A DNA stretch of 64,000 nucleotides, taken from positions 64,001 through 128,000 of the forward strand of contig OZ223270.1 in the NCBI GenBank assembly GCA_965140585.1. The letters run 5' to 3'. The stretch comes from Spirochaetia bacterium (GTDB lineage Bacteria; Spirochaetota; Spirochaetia; UBA9216). Shown one piece after another: positions 9,929 to 18,836 of the stretch. The stretch's first letter is position 1. Every line of letters starts with the position of its first letter. Below the pieces are notes generated by a model. The model saw nothing but the letters and a program-made list of their open reading frames with translations, searched no databases and had not been told where the DNA came from. A program made the position numbers and the translations under genes.

Positions 9929-10573
9929 CTACAATCCTAGGACGTAAGAGCTTGCATTTGAAAGATGCTCCTGCATCCTCCTGCCTGCAGCCTCTTCATC
10001 TCCGGAGAATATGGCATCAAGCAGGGCCAGATGCTCTGTGAGGATATCGTTGAACCTTCGCTTGGTAAAACGCTGCCCGTAATGATTTTTTATTCTGGTC
10101 ATCCTGTCCATCAGGCCGCTGTAGATCTTTTCAAGCGAATCATTTTCTATGGATCGGATAATGGCAGAATGAATATTTTCCCATTTACCCCATTCCAGAA
10201 CCTTTTCCTCCATCAGTTCGCCGGCTTCGAGAATTTTAAGACCGTCTTCCCTGATTTTTTCCAGTTCAGTATTGCCCTTTCTAACAGCAGCCTTCCTGGC
10301 AACACCAACCTCTATAATTTCACGTATCTGGAATACATCCTGAATTTCATTTGAAGTAATGTAAGTAATGGTGGAACCCCGTCCCGGTACATTCTCAACA
10401 AAACCGTCACGCTCAAGCTGTCTCAGAGCTTCCCTTATCGGCGTCTTGCTTACGCCTAGATCTTCGGCGAAAACCGCCTCATTGATGGGCAGCCCCGGCT
10501 GAAGCTCTACATCGATGATTCTTCTCTTAAGGGCTTCATAAACCTGAACCTTCTTGTTTTTTGTTCCTTCCAT
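9929..10573 (-). CDS. GntR family (FadR/FCD type) transcriptional regulator
   Basis: wHTH E...AE.LGVSKTPIREAL..LE.DG.V...PGRG; C-terminal EH..LLDAI..GD.E.A...M.EHL. Confidence 0.93.
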   Translation of the reverse strand: MEGTKNKKVQVYEALKRRIIDVELQPGLPINEAVFAEDLGVSKTPIREALRQLERDGFVENVPGRGSTITYITSNEIQDVFQIREIIEVGVARKAAVRKGNTELEKIREDGLKILEAGELMEEKVLEWGKWENIHSAIIRSIENDSLEKIYSGLMDRMTRIKNHYGQRFTKRRFNDILTEHLALLDAIFSGDEEAAGRRMQEHLSNASSYVLGL

Positions 10574-10760
10574 ATATCTTCACCTATAAATAAATATCAA
10601 ATTATCTAATTAAACCAAGAACAATAATACACAGAATCAGTTATTTAACAAGACCTGCACATAATAACACGTAATCAAATTATAATTATATTATATTTTG
10701 ATATTGAGACAATGTCAAAAATTATAATTATATATTTGAAATATAATAAACATGTATTCT

Positions 10761-10795
10761 AAAAAAAAGAGGACTTCATCATGAAATCCTCTTTT
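10761..10795 (-). terminator. Intrinsic terminator after the aroQ operon
   Basis: Minus strand AAAAGAGGATTTCAT-G-ATGAAGTCCTC followed by T8. Confidence 0.75.
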
Positions 10796-10818
10796 ATAAT
10801 TTGAATCTTCTTTGATAA

Positions 10819-11583
10819 TCAGGAAACAAGCCCTTTAAGATAGGCCAGGGTATCTGAATCTGCATCTGAAGGCAGGTTGATTATCCCGCCGTAGCCGGCA
10901 CTTCCGAGATCTGCAAGAATGGTTTTATAATCGATACCGCCTCCGTTTTCAGGCGCAATACGAATCCTGCGGGTTACATCTGGGTTCTCAATATGAACAT
11001 ATCCTATACCATCAGAACTGCCCCTGGAGCCTTCAGGCCAGATTTTATCAATGCCGGCAAAGCCAAGTGAAACTGAAATATTGCTTCGCCCGATCCTGTT
11101 AATTACCTCTCGGGCTTCATCAAATGTATTTATATAATTAGTCCATTCTTCGGGAAGCGGTTCGATAAGTATATCAGTACCGAATTCTTCGCCTGTCTCG
11201 GAAAGCACAAAAAGAAACTGCAGAGCCTGCTCCCTGAAGGTTCCAATTTCACCCTCCATCGGCAGAATTCTTGCCCGGGGATTATTCCACAATGCATATC
11301 TGCAGCCAGCAGCCGATGTTTTCTCAAACAGTTTTTTAAGATATTCAGTCCAGGCATAAATATTAAACCCCTGCTCCGTTACACGAACCTCACCGGGCAG
11401 AATAGCGGTGCAGACATCATTTTTAAGTCCTGTTCCTGCTATCCTGGATTTCAGTTCTGAAATCTCAGTAACTTTTAACTGCTCAAGCGTAACCGCGGAA
11501 AGCTCAATCTGGTCAAAGCCGTCCTTTGCACAGTTTTCAATATCAGCCGGATCAGTAAGGCTTTTACTCCATTGAAAATTCAC
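10819..11583 (-). CDS. Sugar-phosphate isomerase/epimerase-like TIM barrel (xylose isomerase-like), metal site partly degenerate
   Basis: GFDQIEL, IEPL...TN.INT..EA, YVHI and GY.G.I pattern; the usual D..H and final E are replaced. Confidence 0.7.
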   Translation of the reverse strand: MNFQWSKSLTDPADIENCAKDGFDQIELSAVTLEQLKVTEISELKSRIAGTGLKNDVCTAILPGEVRVTEQGFNIYAWTEYLKKLFEKTSAAGCRYALWNNPRARILPMEGEIGTFREQALQFLFVLSETGEEFGTDILIEPLPEEWTNYINTFDEAREVINRIGRSNISVSLGFAGIDKIWPEGSRGSSDGIGYVHIENPDVTRRIRIAPENGGGIDYKTILADLGSAGYGGIINLPSDADSDTLAYLKGLVS

Positions 11584-11593
11584 AGGCCCCTCC

Positions 11594-12031
11594 CTATTTC
11601 AGATTCACAAGCGCTTCAAGAGCAAGGATATAGCTTTTCTTACCAAAGCCGCCGATAACACCTACACACACCGGAGCAATAACAGACTGGTGCCTGAATT
11701 CTTCACGGGTGTGTACGTTGGAAATGAATACCTCAACACAGGGCAGCAGCATAGCACCTATTGCGCTGCGCAGTGCATAACTGTAGTGAGCCAGAGCGCC
11801 TGCATTAATTACCACCCCCTCAAATTCTGAAGGAGCCTCCTGCAAAGCATCGATTATTCCGCCCTCACTGTTGAATTGACGGCAGTCAACTTCAACACCG
11901 AGTTCGGCAGCACGGCTCTCAAGACCCGCATGAATATCATCAAGTGAGCCCTGTCCATATATAGAGGTTTTCCTTTCCCCCAGAAGGTTAAGGTTCGGAC
12001 CTGAAATTACAAGATATTTTTTATCACTCAA
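11594..12031 (-). CDS. aroQ: Type II 3-dehydroquinate dehydratase paralog, catalytic His and Asp substituted
   Basis: GPNLNLLGER...IYG, NAGALAHYSYALRSA (D->S), VEVFISN (H->F), REEFRH. Confidence 0.85.
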   Translation of the reverse strand: MSDKKYLVISGPNLNLLGERKTSIYGQGSLDDIHAGLESRAAELGVEVDCRQFNSEGGIIDALQEAPSEFEGVVINAGALAHYSYALRSAIGAMLLPCVEVFISNVHTREEFRHQSVIAPVCVGVIGGFGKKSYILALEALVNLK

Positions 12032-12055
12032 AATAGTTCTCCTCTGCTTTTCCTG

Positions 12056-12505
12056 CTATTTCCACGGGTCAAAGGGTTCATCCATAAGTGAACGCAGACC
12101 GAGAATATATCCGTGCGGGCCAAGACCGCAGATCTGACCAATACAGACCGGAGCAATTACCGAAACGTGACGAAACGATTCTCTTTTAAAAATATTGGAT
12201 ATATGTACTTCAACTACAGGCACCTGGGAAGCTGCAATTGCATCCCTCAGAGCAATTGAATAATGGGTATAAGCCCCGGCATTAAGAACTATTCCGTCCT
12301 TAATACCCCTGCAGTTCTGAATGAATGAGACAAGTTCACCCTCGGTATTGGACTGATAAAATTCCAGCTCTACACCGAGCTTCTCAGCCTCGGCAGCAAT
12401 ATCAACATTGATGTCTTCCATAGTTTTGCCGCCGTAGATACCAATTTCACGTTTCCCGAGCATGTTAAGATTCGGTCCGTGAATAACGGCTATTTTTTTT
12501 GACAA
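12056..12505 (-). CDS. aroQ: Type II 3-dehydroquinate dehydratase
   Basis: HGPNLNMLGKRE..IYG, NAGAYTHYSIALRDA and VEVHISN...RESFRH all intact. Confidence 0.95.
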   Translation of the reverse strand: MSKKIAVIHGPNLNMLGKREIGIYGGKTMEDINVDIAAEAEKLGVELEFYQSNTEGELVSFIQNCRGIKDGIVLNAGAYTHYSIALRDAIAASQVPVVEVHISNIFKRESFRHVSVIAPVCIGQICGLGPHGYILGLRSLMDEPFDPWK

Positions 12506-12705
12506 GATGTTCTCCTCCAGGAAAATCGGATGTACTTTTATGGATGATAGTAATAGGTTTTCTATTATATATCAATATTTTAACCCGTTTCCGCACGTTT
12601 TTACACTGACCTCATAGTTTTTTAACAGCTGCAGCTGTATAATAATAGGGATACTATAAAACATTATATTCAGCTAAAAGTAATTTTCAAAGGACTGTAT
12701 TTACA

Positions 12706-14334
12706 ATGAAAAGACTATTATTACTATTTATCACAATCGCGCTGGCATCAGCCCCGCTCATGTTTTTATCCTGTGAAGACTTTTTCTTTCCGGAGACACC
12801 GAATAATTCAGACGATACAGAAGACGAAACAACAATCCCTGATACCCCGTCAGCATTAAGCGTTGATTCGATTTCAAGTGCGACGCTGAACCCGTCAATA
12901 GTTCTCGAATGGACCGACAACTCTGATGATGAAACAGGCTTTACAATAGAGAGATCAACATCCACAGACTTCAGCTCCGCTGAGAGCTTTTCGGCTGATA
13001 CAAATGATACCGAATACCTGGACAAAACCATTGCTGAAGATACTGAGTATTACTACCGGATTGCGGCAAAAAACAGCGCCGGCAGCTCGGACTGGGTAAG
13101 CTCATCGGCAATAACCTTCGCATACGATGCCCCCGCCGCCCCATCGGGATTATCGGCAACTAAAACAGGCACTACGAGCTGTAATTTATCATGGACAGAC
13201 AATTCATATTGTGAAAATGGATTTACAATTGAATACAGTGAGAATGAGAATTTTACAACATTTTCAACTGAACCGGCAGACGCCGATGCAACCTCAGCAA
13301 GCCTCAGCGGACTAACTCCGGAAGGCTACTATTACATCAGGGTTCTTGCTTACAATGATACAGGAGATTCGGATTATTCGGATGTAGAAGAGGTAGATCT
13401 CAGCGCAACCGCACCTGATTCGCCGTCAGGACTGATGGTTGAACAGGCGTCAAACACCAGTTGTACCGTAAGCTGGATGGACAACTCAACCAACGAAACC
13501 GGGTTTAAAATTCAATACCGCACCGACGACACTATCACAACGCCAATAACTATTACAGTAGCGGCAGAAACCGATTCAACCCTGATAAGCGGTCTTACCG
13601 AAAACACAACCTATTATTTTCAGGTCTGCGCTACGAATAATGGATCAGATTCCGCTTACACCGATCCGGTATCAGTAGCACTGGTTTCTGAAGTTCCGAA
13701 TACACTGAATATAGTTTTTGAGGATGGGGTCGAGCATGGGGATAGAGAGAAGATTTACACAATATGGATAAGCTGGATAGATGATAATGATACTTCTGAT
13801 GTAAGTGACGATCTGGAAGTTTTTGAGAACATCTATGTTTGCACCCACATACGACTTCAGGATCTGTCGGGAACTGCACTTCCTTATTGGCAGGAAAATA
13901 TCCGCAGTCAAACAGATAATGTTGATGCAGTTTCTGGTTCTACAATTTTTGATGGTGATTTTACTGAGTCAAGGACTTTAACTGACCTACCGGAGGAATT
14001 TACTGTTTGGTTCGAGATCGATCATTCCAGAGACGGAAACGACTGGTTCAGTGATCAGCCTGCGATTCTCTATAAAGTAGTTGTAGATCAATCAATCGAA
14101 GATACTGTTTTTGATTCAGAATTTATTGCATGGACTCCAAACGAATATACTGAATACGGTGGTGCTTACAATAATATACCCGATATGAACGAAGCGGTCG
14201 GTGTCGGTGATATTCAGTATGAGACCCGCTATATCACCAATCAGAGAACCGGTGATGATTTTAACGAAGATCTTGATGATGAACCCGCCACCGACCTTGT
14301 AGGCGACCTCTATGTCACTCTGACTACCGAATAG
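12706..14334 (+). CDS. Lipoprotein with three fibronectin type III repeats and a C-terminal DUF2271-like domain
   Basis: Lipobox FLSC; three W.DNS..E.GF.I...YY.R/QV.A.N..G.S repeats; C-terminal IYTIWI...LPYW...VDAVSGST...FEIDHS...DQP..LY. Confidence 0.8.
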   Translation: MKRLLLLFITIALASAPLMFLSCEDFFFPETPNNSDDTEDETTIPDTPSALSVDSISSATLNPSIVLEWTDNSDDETGFTIERSTSTDFSSAESFSADTNDTEYLDKTIAEDTEYYYRIAAKNSAGSSDWVSSSAITFAYDAPAAPSGLSATKTGTTSCNLSWTDNSYCENGFTIEYSENENFTTFSTEPADADATSASLSGLTPEGYYYIRVLAYNDTGDSDYSDVEEVDLSATAPDSPSGLMVEQASNTSCTVSWMDNSTNETGFKIQYRTDDTITTPITITVAAETDSTLISGLTENTTYYFQVCATNNGSDSAYTDPVSVALVSEVPNTLNIVFEDGVEHGDREKIYTIWISWIDDNDTSDVSDDLEVFENIYVCTHIRLQDLSGTALPYWQENIRSQTDNVDAVSGSTIFDGDFTESRTLTDLPEEFTVWFEIDHSRDGNDWFSDQPAILYKVVVDQSIEDTVFDSEFIAWTPNEYTEYGGAYNNIPDMNEAVGVGDIQYETRYITNQRTGDDFNEDLDDEPATDLVGDLYVTLTTE

Positions 14335-14368
14335 ATTTCTCAGTAAATTAAACGTAAAATCACTTTAC

Positions 14369-14391
14369 CCCGGGGCTTTCCCGGGTTTTTT
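14369..14391 (+). terminator. Intrinsic terminator
   Basis: CCCGGG-GCTTT-CCCGGG-TTTTTT. Confidence 0.65.
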
Positions 14392-14423
14392 AATGCTATA
14401 ATTCCAATTCAAAGGAGTTCTCG

Positions 14424-15094
14424 GTGAAAAGAATAATTATGACCATAATGAGTTTAATACTTCTTCTATCCCTCGCCGCCTGCACAAAGCTGAGAATGGA
14501 GCAGACTCTGCAGCCGAACCCAACTCCGGAAAAAAACTGAACGTGGTTTTCACCGACGGGATCGAACACGGCGGCTACCAGAAGGTTTATGCAATCTGGA
14601 TGGAGGGTGATGACGGTTTTTTCCGCAACATATACATCTGCAACAGAATAAAAAAGCAGGATCTTACCGGTACAGCCCTTCCCTACTGGCAGCTGAACAA
14701 GCGAAAGCTTGCATCAAGGGGTGAGATTGATGCTGTTACCGGCGCGACTATTGCAGACGGCGATTTTACTCAGAGTATCAGCCTTACCGGAGCTCCTGAT
14801 AAATTTTCAGTTTACTTTGAAATAGACCACTCCTTTGACCCCAACCAGTGGTTCACCGATCAGCCGTCGCTGCTGTATAAAATCGATGTGGATCTATCCA
14901 GCGGGAAAAACGAATTTGATTCTGAACTCATCGGCTGGACTGCCAACGAATATACCGACAACAACAGCAAAAACGGAACCAACAAAATACCCGGGGCATC
15001 AGTAAAAATGGGTGAACTCCAGTCCAGCGTTCAGTACATAACTGATGCAGCCGACCTGGTAGCTGGGCTTAAGGCCGTAATAACAGAAGACTGA
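14424..15094 (+). CDS. Lipoprotein paralogous to the C-terminal domain of 12706-14334, interrupted by a one-base frameshift
   Basis: GTG 14424 (RBS AAGGAG) gives MKRIIMTIMSLILLLSLAAC..., stopping at TGA 14538-14540. The -1 frame continues LNVVFTDGIEHG...LPYWQ...IDAVTGAT...FEIDHS...DQPSLLY. Confidence 0.75.
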
Positions 15095-15182
15095 AGTATG
15101 CGTTCCCGGCTGTTCGGATGCGGAGCCGTATTTAATGAATTCCTTTTTCTTCGTGATATATTTGGAGAAAAAGGAGTTAAAA

Positions 15183-15944
15183 ATGAAAAAAGTGATTCCC
15201 CTCCTGATCTTCCTTGTTTTTTATTCGTTTCCTGTATTTTCCCAGACTTCCGAAACCGAAGGCTCCAAAGCCTGGCGATGGGGGCTGGTAGGATCAATTG
15301 AGATGGGCGCAGCCTTTGTTGATGAAACGGCCTTTGCTTCCGTCATGGAAGCCGGATACGGAAGCATTGAAACACAGGGAATGACGGTAAACCTGACCGC
15401 CGGTGCCGACCTGCGTAAACCTGATTTTATGGCGGTTGATCTGCTTGTCACATACATGGGCGGCGGGTCGTTTATGTGGACTGACATTTTCGGTTCACCT
15501 GATGAATCCTTTCCGCTTATGAGCGATTCCTGGTCGGTACAGATAGAGATTCAGCCGCTGTTTGAATTTCTGCATGGATTCCATCCATTCATAGGAGGTG
15601 GCTATTCTTTCACAAACAGCCTTATGGATGAGGCTGGTGACGGTTTCAAGGGTGGTACCGGACCCTTTGTTTCAGGCGGCCTTCTGATAATCAATAATTT
15701 CGGCCTCGGCCCCGGATTTCCTGCCTACAGTACCTCACAAAGCTATTTCGGAATCAGGATTTCCGCAAACTACCGCTTCCCCTATAGTTACGGTTTTAAT
15801 ATGGACTGGGATGAATACTCTGAAGGATACACAGGCCCTTCTGACTTATCCGAAATGCGCTCGTTTTTCGAATCGGAGAGTTTTCCTGCCGACTGTTTCT
15901 CATTCAGCATAGGTTTCAGCATGGGTTATATGCCTGATCCTTAA
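15183..15944 (+). CDS. Exported hypothetical protein, possibly an outer-membrane beta-barrel
   Basis: RBS AGGAG, signal peptide MKKVIPLL...VFSQ, alternating aromatic/Gly strands (HPFIGGGYSF, FSFSIGFSMGY). Confidence 0.6.
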   Translation: MKKVIPLLIFLVFYSFPVFSQTSETEGSKAWRWGLVGSIEMGAAFVDETAFASVMEAGYGSIETQGMTVNLTAGADLRKPDFMAVDLLVTYMGGGSFMWTDIFGSPDESFPLMSDSWSVQIEIQPLFEFLHGFHPFIGGGYSFTNSLMDEAGDGFKGGTGPFVSGGLLIINNFGLGPGFPAYSTSQSYFGIRISANYRFPYSYGFNMDWDEYSEGYTGPSDLSEMRSFFESESFPADCFSFSIGFSMGYMPDP

Positions 15945-16049
15945 CTAATAAAATACTCAAAGTTTTTAAGTAAAGGCTTAACATTCCGCGAATAGGGTTT
16001 ATACTTAAATATTGGCATTCGCCATATATCTAATAAAAGGAGCAAAAAA

Positions 16050-17660
16050 ATGAAAAGACAGATTGCATTGCTTTTAAGCGGTCTTCTGCTTGTTTTGATG
16101 TTTGCGGGATGTGCTTCATCCCCGATTGTCGAACCCGACGTTGAACATCAGATCACAATCCTTCACACAAACGATTATCATGGACATCCAGTAGCTTTCT
16201 ATGACTATCCGGCTGACGGCCAGGGCGGTCTTCCTGCACAGGCAACGCTTGTGAATGAGATTCGTTCAGAGGGGGGAAATGTTCTTCTTCTGAGCGCAGG
16301 CGACATCAATACCGGTCGTCCAGAATCGAACTTTTTCAAGGCTGAACCTGACATCATCGGTATGAACTATATCGGTTATGATGCGATGTCTATGGGTAAC
16401 CATGAGTTTGACCCTACACCGGCAATTATGCAGGAGCAGATTGCATCTTCAGACTTTCCATGGCTTTGTGCAAATGTTGTTTCTGAAGATACCGGAGAAT
16501 ATATTGAAAATGTAGTCCCCTACGTTATTGAAGACTATGGTAATTACAAGGTTGCTGTTTTCGGCCTTATGACTGCAACTACAGCAAAGAGCGGAAGCCC
16601 CGAAAACATCAAGGGATATAAGTTTCTCGATGAGGTTGAGACTGCAAAGGCTCTTGTTCCCGAGCTTAAGAAAAAAGCCGACATAGTTGTTGCCCTTGTT
16701 CATATGGGTATTTATGATGATGTAAACGAAGGCTCAGAGAAGCTTGCTGCACAGGTTCCCGGAATTGCGCTTGTTATCGACGGACACTCACACACCATGG
16801 TTGAAGAAGCTATTATGGTTACCAATGTAGAAACCGGGATTCAGGTTCCGGTTGTCCAGGCAAAGCACTGGGGAATGTACATGGGCCGTGTTGATCTACG
16901 CTTCATGAACGGTGAGGTTACCGGCGTTAACTATGAGCTTATCCCCATTAATGTTAAGTATCGTGAAAAACTTGATGATGGTTCTTCTATTTACAAATTC
17001 GTAGGCAAAGAACTTAAAAACGATTCGGAGCTTGCTGCGCTGCTTCAGCCCTATGTTGACAAGGTAGACTCTGTACTTAACGAAACTATCGGAACAGCAA
17101 CTGCTCCTTTTATCAACGACAACTCAAGGGTTGAAGAAACTGCTATCGGCGACATGGTTGCAGATTCAATGCTCTGGTACGCAAACACACAGGGTCTTGA
17201 AGCCGATTTTGCCTTCCAGAACGGAGGCGGAGTACGAACAAGCATTGCAGACGGTGCAATTCAGAAGAGAACTGTTTATGAGGTTCTTCCTTTTGATAAT
17301 TCAGTTGCTCTTGTTACCCTTAAGGGTTCAACTGTAATCGAACTTTTCAACGCAACTCCGGCTGCTATCGGCCACGGTGCGATGCCCCAGGTATCAAAGG
17401 GTGTCAAGTTCACTATTGATTCTGCAGCAGGAACTGTAAGCGATCTTATGATCAACGGCAAGAAGGTTGATCCGAATGCCGAGTACAGGATTGCTACAAA
17501 CAGCTACCTTGCAGCAGGCGGCGACGGCTACGGAATGTTCACCGATGCAGTTGACTACTACGACACATCCCTTATGCAGAGAGATGCATTTATCGAATAC
17601 GTTATCTCACTCGGAGGAACCATCACTCCGATGACCGAGGGAAGAATCACAATCAAATAG
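16050..17660 (+). CDS. Bifunctional 5'-nucleotidase/UDP-sugar hydrolase (UshA-like) lipoprotein
   Basis: Lipobox FAGC; LHTNDYHG, AGD, GNHEFD, HMG, GHSH, NGGGVR, LPFDN, YLAAGGDGY. Confidence 0.93.
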   Translation: MKRQIALLLSGLLLVLMFAGCASSPIVEPDVEHQITILHTNDYHGHPVAFYDYPADGQGGLPAQATLVNEIRSEGGNVLLLSAGDINTGRPESNFFKAEPDIIGMNYIGYDAMSMGNHEFDPTPAIMQEQIASSDFPWLCANVVSEDTGEYIENVVPYVIEDYGNYKVAVFGLMTATTAKSGSPENIKGYKFLDEVETAKALVPELKKKADIVVALVHMGIYDDVNEGSEKLAAQVPGIALVIDGHSHTMVEEAIMVTNVETGIQVPVVQAKHWGMYMGRVDLRFMNGEVTGVNYELIPINVKYREKLDDGSSIYKFVGKELKNDSELAALLQPYVDKVDSVLNETIGTATAPFINDNSRVEETAIGDMVADSMLWYANTQGLEADFAFQNGGGVRTSIADGAIQKRTVYEVLPFDNSVALVTLKGSTVIELFNATPAAIGHGAMPQVSKGVKFTIDSAAGTVSDLMINGKKVDPNAEYRIATNSYLAAGGDGYGMFTDAVDYYDTSLMQRDAFIEYVISLGGTITPMTEGRITIK

Positions 17661-17670
17661 CGTTTTACCT

Positions 17671-17706
17671 CCTCCGCAGCCGTTTGCATGGTTGCGGAGG
17701 ATTTTT
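17671..17706 (+). terminator. Intrinsic terminator
   Basis: CCTCCGCAGCC-GTTTGCAT-GGTTGCGGAGG-ATTTTT. Confidence 0.7.
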
Positions 17707-17746
17707 CACTCCATTTAAAATCCATAAGTGTTCGGGAGGGGAGCCG

Positions 17747-18064
17747 GTGGAATCCAGGTACTATGTAATCAATAAAAGACTTATACCCAGCGAGGCTGCA
17801 GAACTTGAGCTTGCGCGGCAGGGCGCCCTTCCTGAAAAGGTTCTGGCCGAAGAGGATTTCCGCACGGGTTTAAAGGAACTGAAAGCCTGCATAGGGTCGT
17901 TTTTCCTGAACAACCGGCTTAATGCATCATCATGCCCAATGACCCCGGAAGAAATTGCCGGGATGGTAGGCAAGATGATAGTTATCAACAATATTCAAGA
18001 CGAGAATATTCAGCTGATGCTTATTCAGGGAGAACGGACCCCGGTTGTATATGTGAGGTATTAA
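17747..18064 (+). CDS. Hypothetical protein
   Basis: GTG start after a GGAGGGG RBS; fills the gap between convergent genes. Confidence 0.5.
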   Translation: MESRYYVINKRLIPSEAAELELARQGALPEKVLAEEDFRTGLKELKACIGSFFLNNRLNASSCPMTPEEIAGMVGKMIVINNIQDENIQLMLIQGERTPVVYVRY

Positions 18065-18069
18065 GCTTT

Positions 18070-18798
18070 TCAGATTCTTTTATGGGTTTTCAGATACTCA
18101 AGCCAGGCGGATGTACCGATGCGTGAAGCAAGCTTCTGCACCTTCCTGAATCCTGTTCCATATACCTTATCCTTATCTTCAAACAGACCCTTTATTAGAA
18201 ACTCAGCCTCGGGTGTAAGCTGCTTTTTTAATACAAGGTAGGCAGCCATATTGCAGCTGCCTTCAAGCAGAGGAGGTTTTATATCTGTCAGATTATGGCT
18301 GTAGAACCAGATGTGCATAAGCTCGTGAGCGCAGGTTGAGATGAAACTCATTTCAGGAAGCCCCTGCAGGATATAAATCTGCATTTTGAACTCGCTTATT
18401 TTACCGTTCAGCATTTTACGGTTGAAAACGGCAAAGCCCTGCTTTTCACCGCTGCTTTTATCAAGCTGCTTCAGTTTTGAGCGGCTTATAAGCAGAAACT
18501 CAGGCTTAAAGGGTTTTATAATTATACCCTCGTCGACCAGCTGATCATGAACCTCCTGAAGCAGTTTAAGCCCCGTTTCCACATTATTTACAGCAGAGAG
18601 CAGACAGATTCCACATACCCGGCGGCCGTCCGAATAAGTCCTGCCGCCTCTGGTCAGTTTTGATGAGATAAGCCGCCCGCAGTATGCACACTGCGGAACA
18701 TTCCGGTAATGTGCAGCACAGTAGGAGTTGCCCCAGTAATCAGTGAAATACCGGCCGGATATTTCAACACCGCAATGGGAACATCTCATGTTCTGCAT
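18070..18798 (-). CDS. DA1-like zinc metallopeptidase with LIM-like Zn fingers
   Basis: CxxC...CxxH...CxxC...DGR..CxxC..SAV; ILQGLP...AHELMH.W...EG.C; D..VYG.GFR. Confidence 0.8.
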   Translation of the reverse strand: MQNMRCSHCGVEISGRYFTDYWGNSYCAAHYRNVPQCAYCGRLISSKLTRGGRTYSDGRRVCGICLLSAVNNVETGLKLLQEVHDQLVDEGIIIKPFKPEFLLISRSKLKQLDKSSGEKQGFAVFNRKMLNGKISEFKMQIYILQGLPEMSFISTCAHELMHIWFYSHNLTDIKPPLLEGSCNMAAYLVLKKQLTPEAEFLIKGLFEDKDKVYGTGFRKVQKLASRIGTSAWLEYLKTHKRI

Positions 18799-18836
18799 TT
18801 CATGCTCAACACTTTATGCCCTGCATTTAAGACCCA

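Noticed and set aside
8681-9931. Several in-frame TAG codons (dppB 9137 and 8681; 9653; the gntR stop followed by an in-frame open stretch) suggesting amber/pyrrolysine recoding
   Set aside because: The same genes also carry a TGA, frameshifts and large deletions, and intact genes elsewhere end normally at TAG. Ordinary pseudogene decay explains it.
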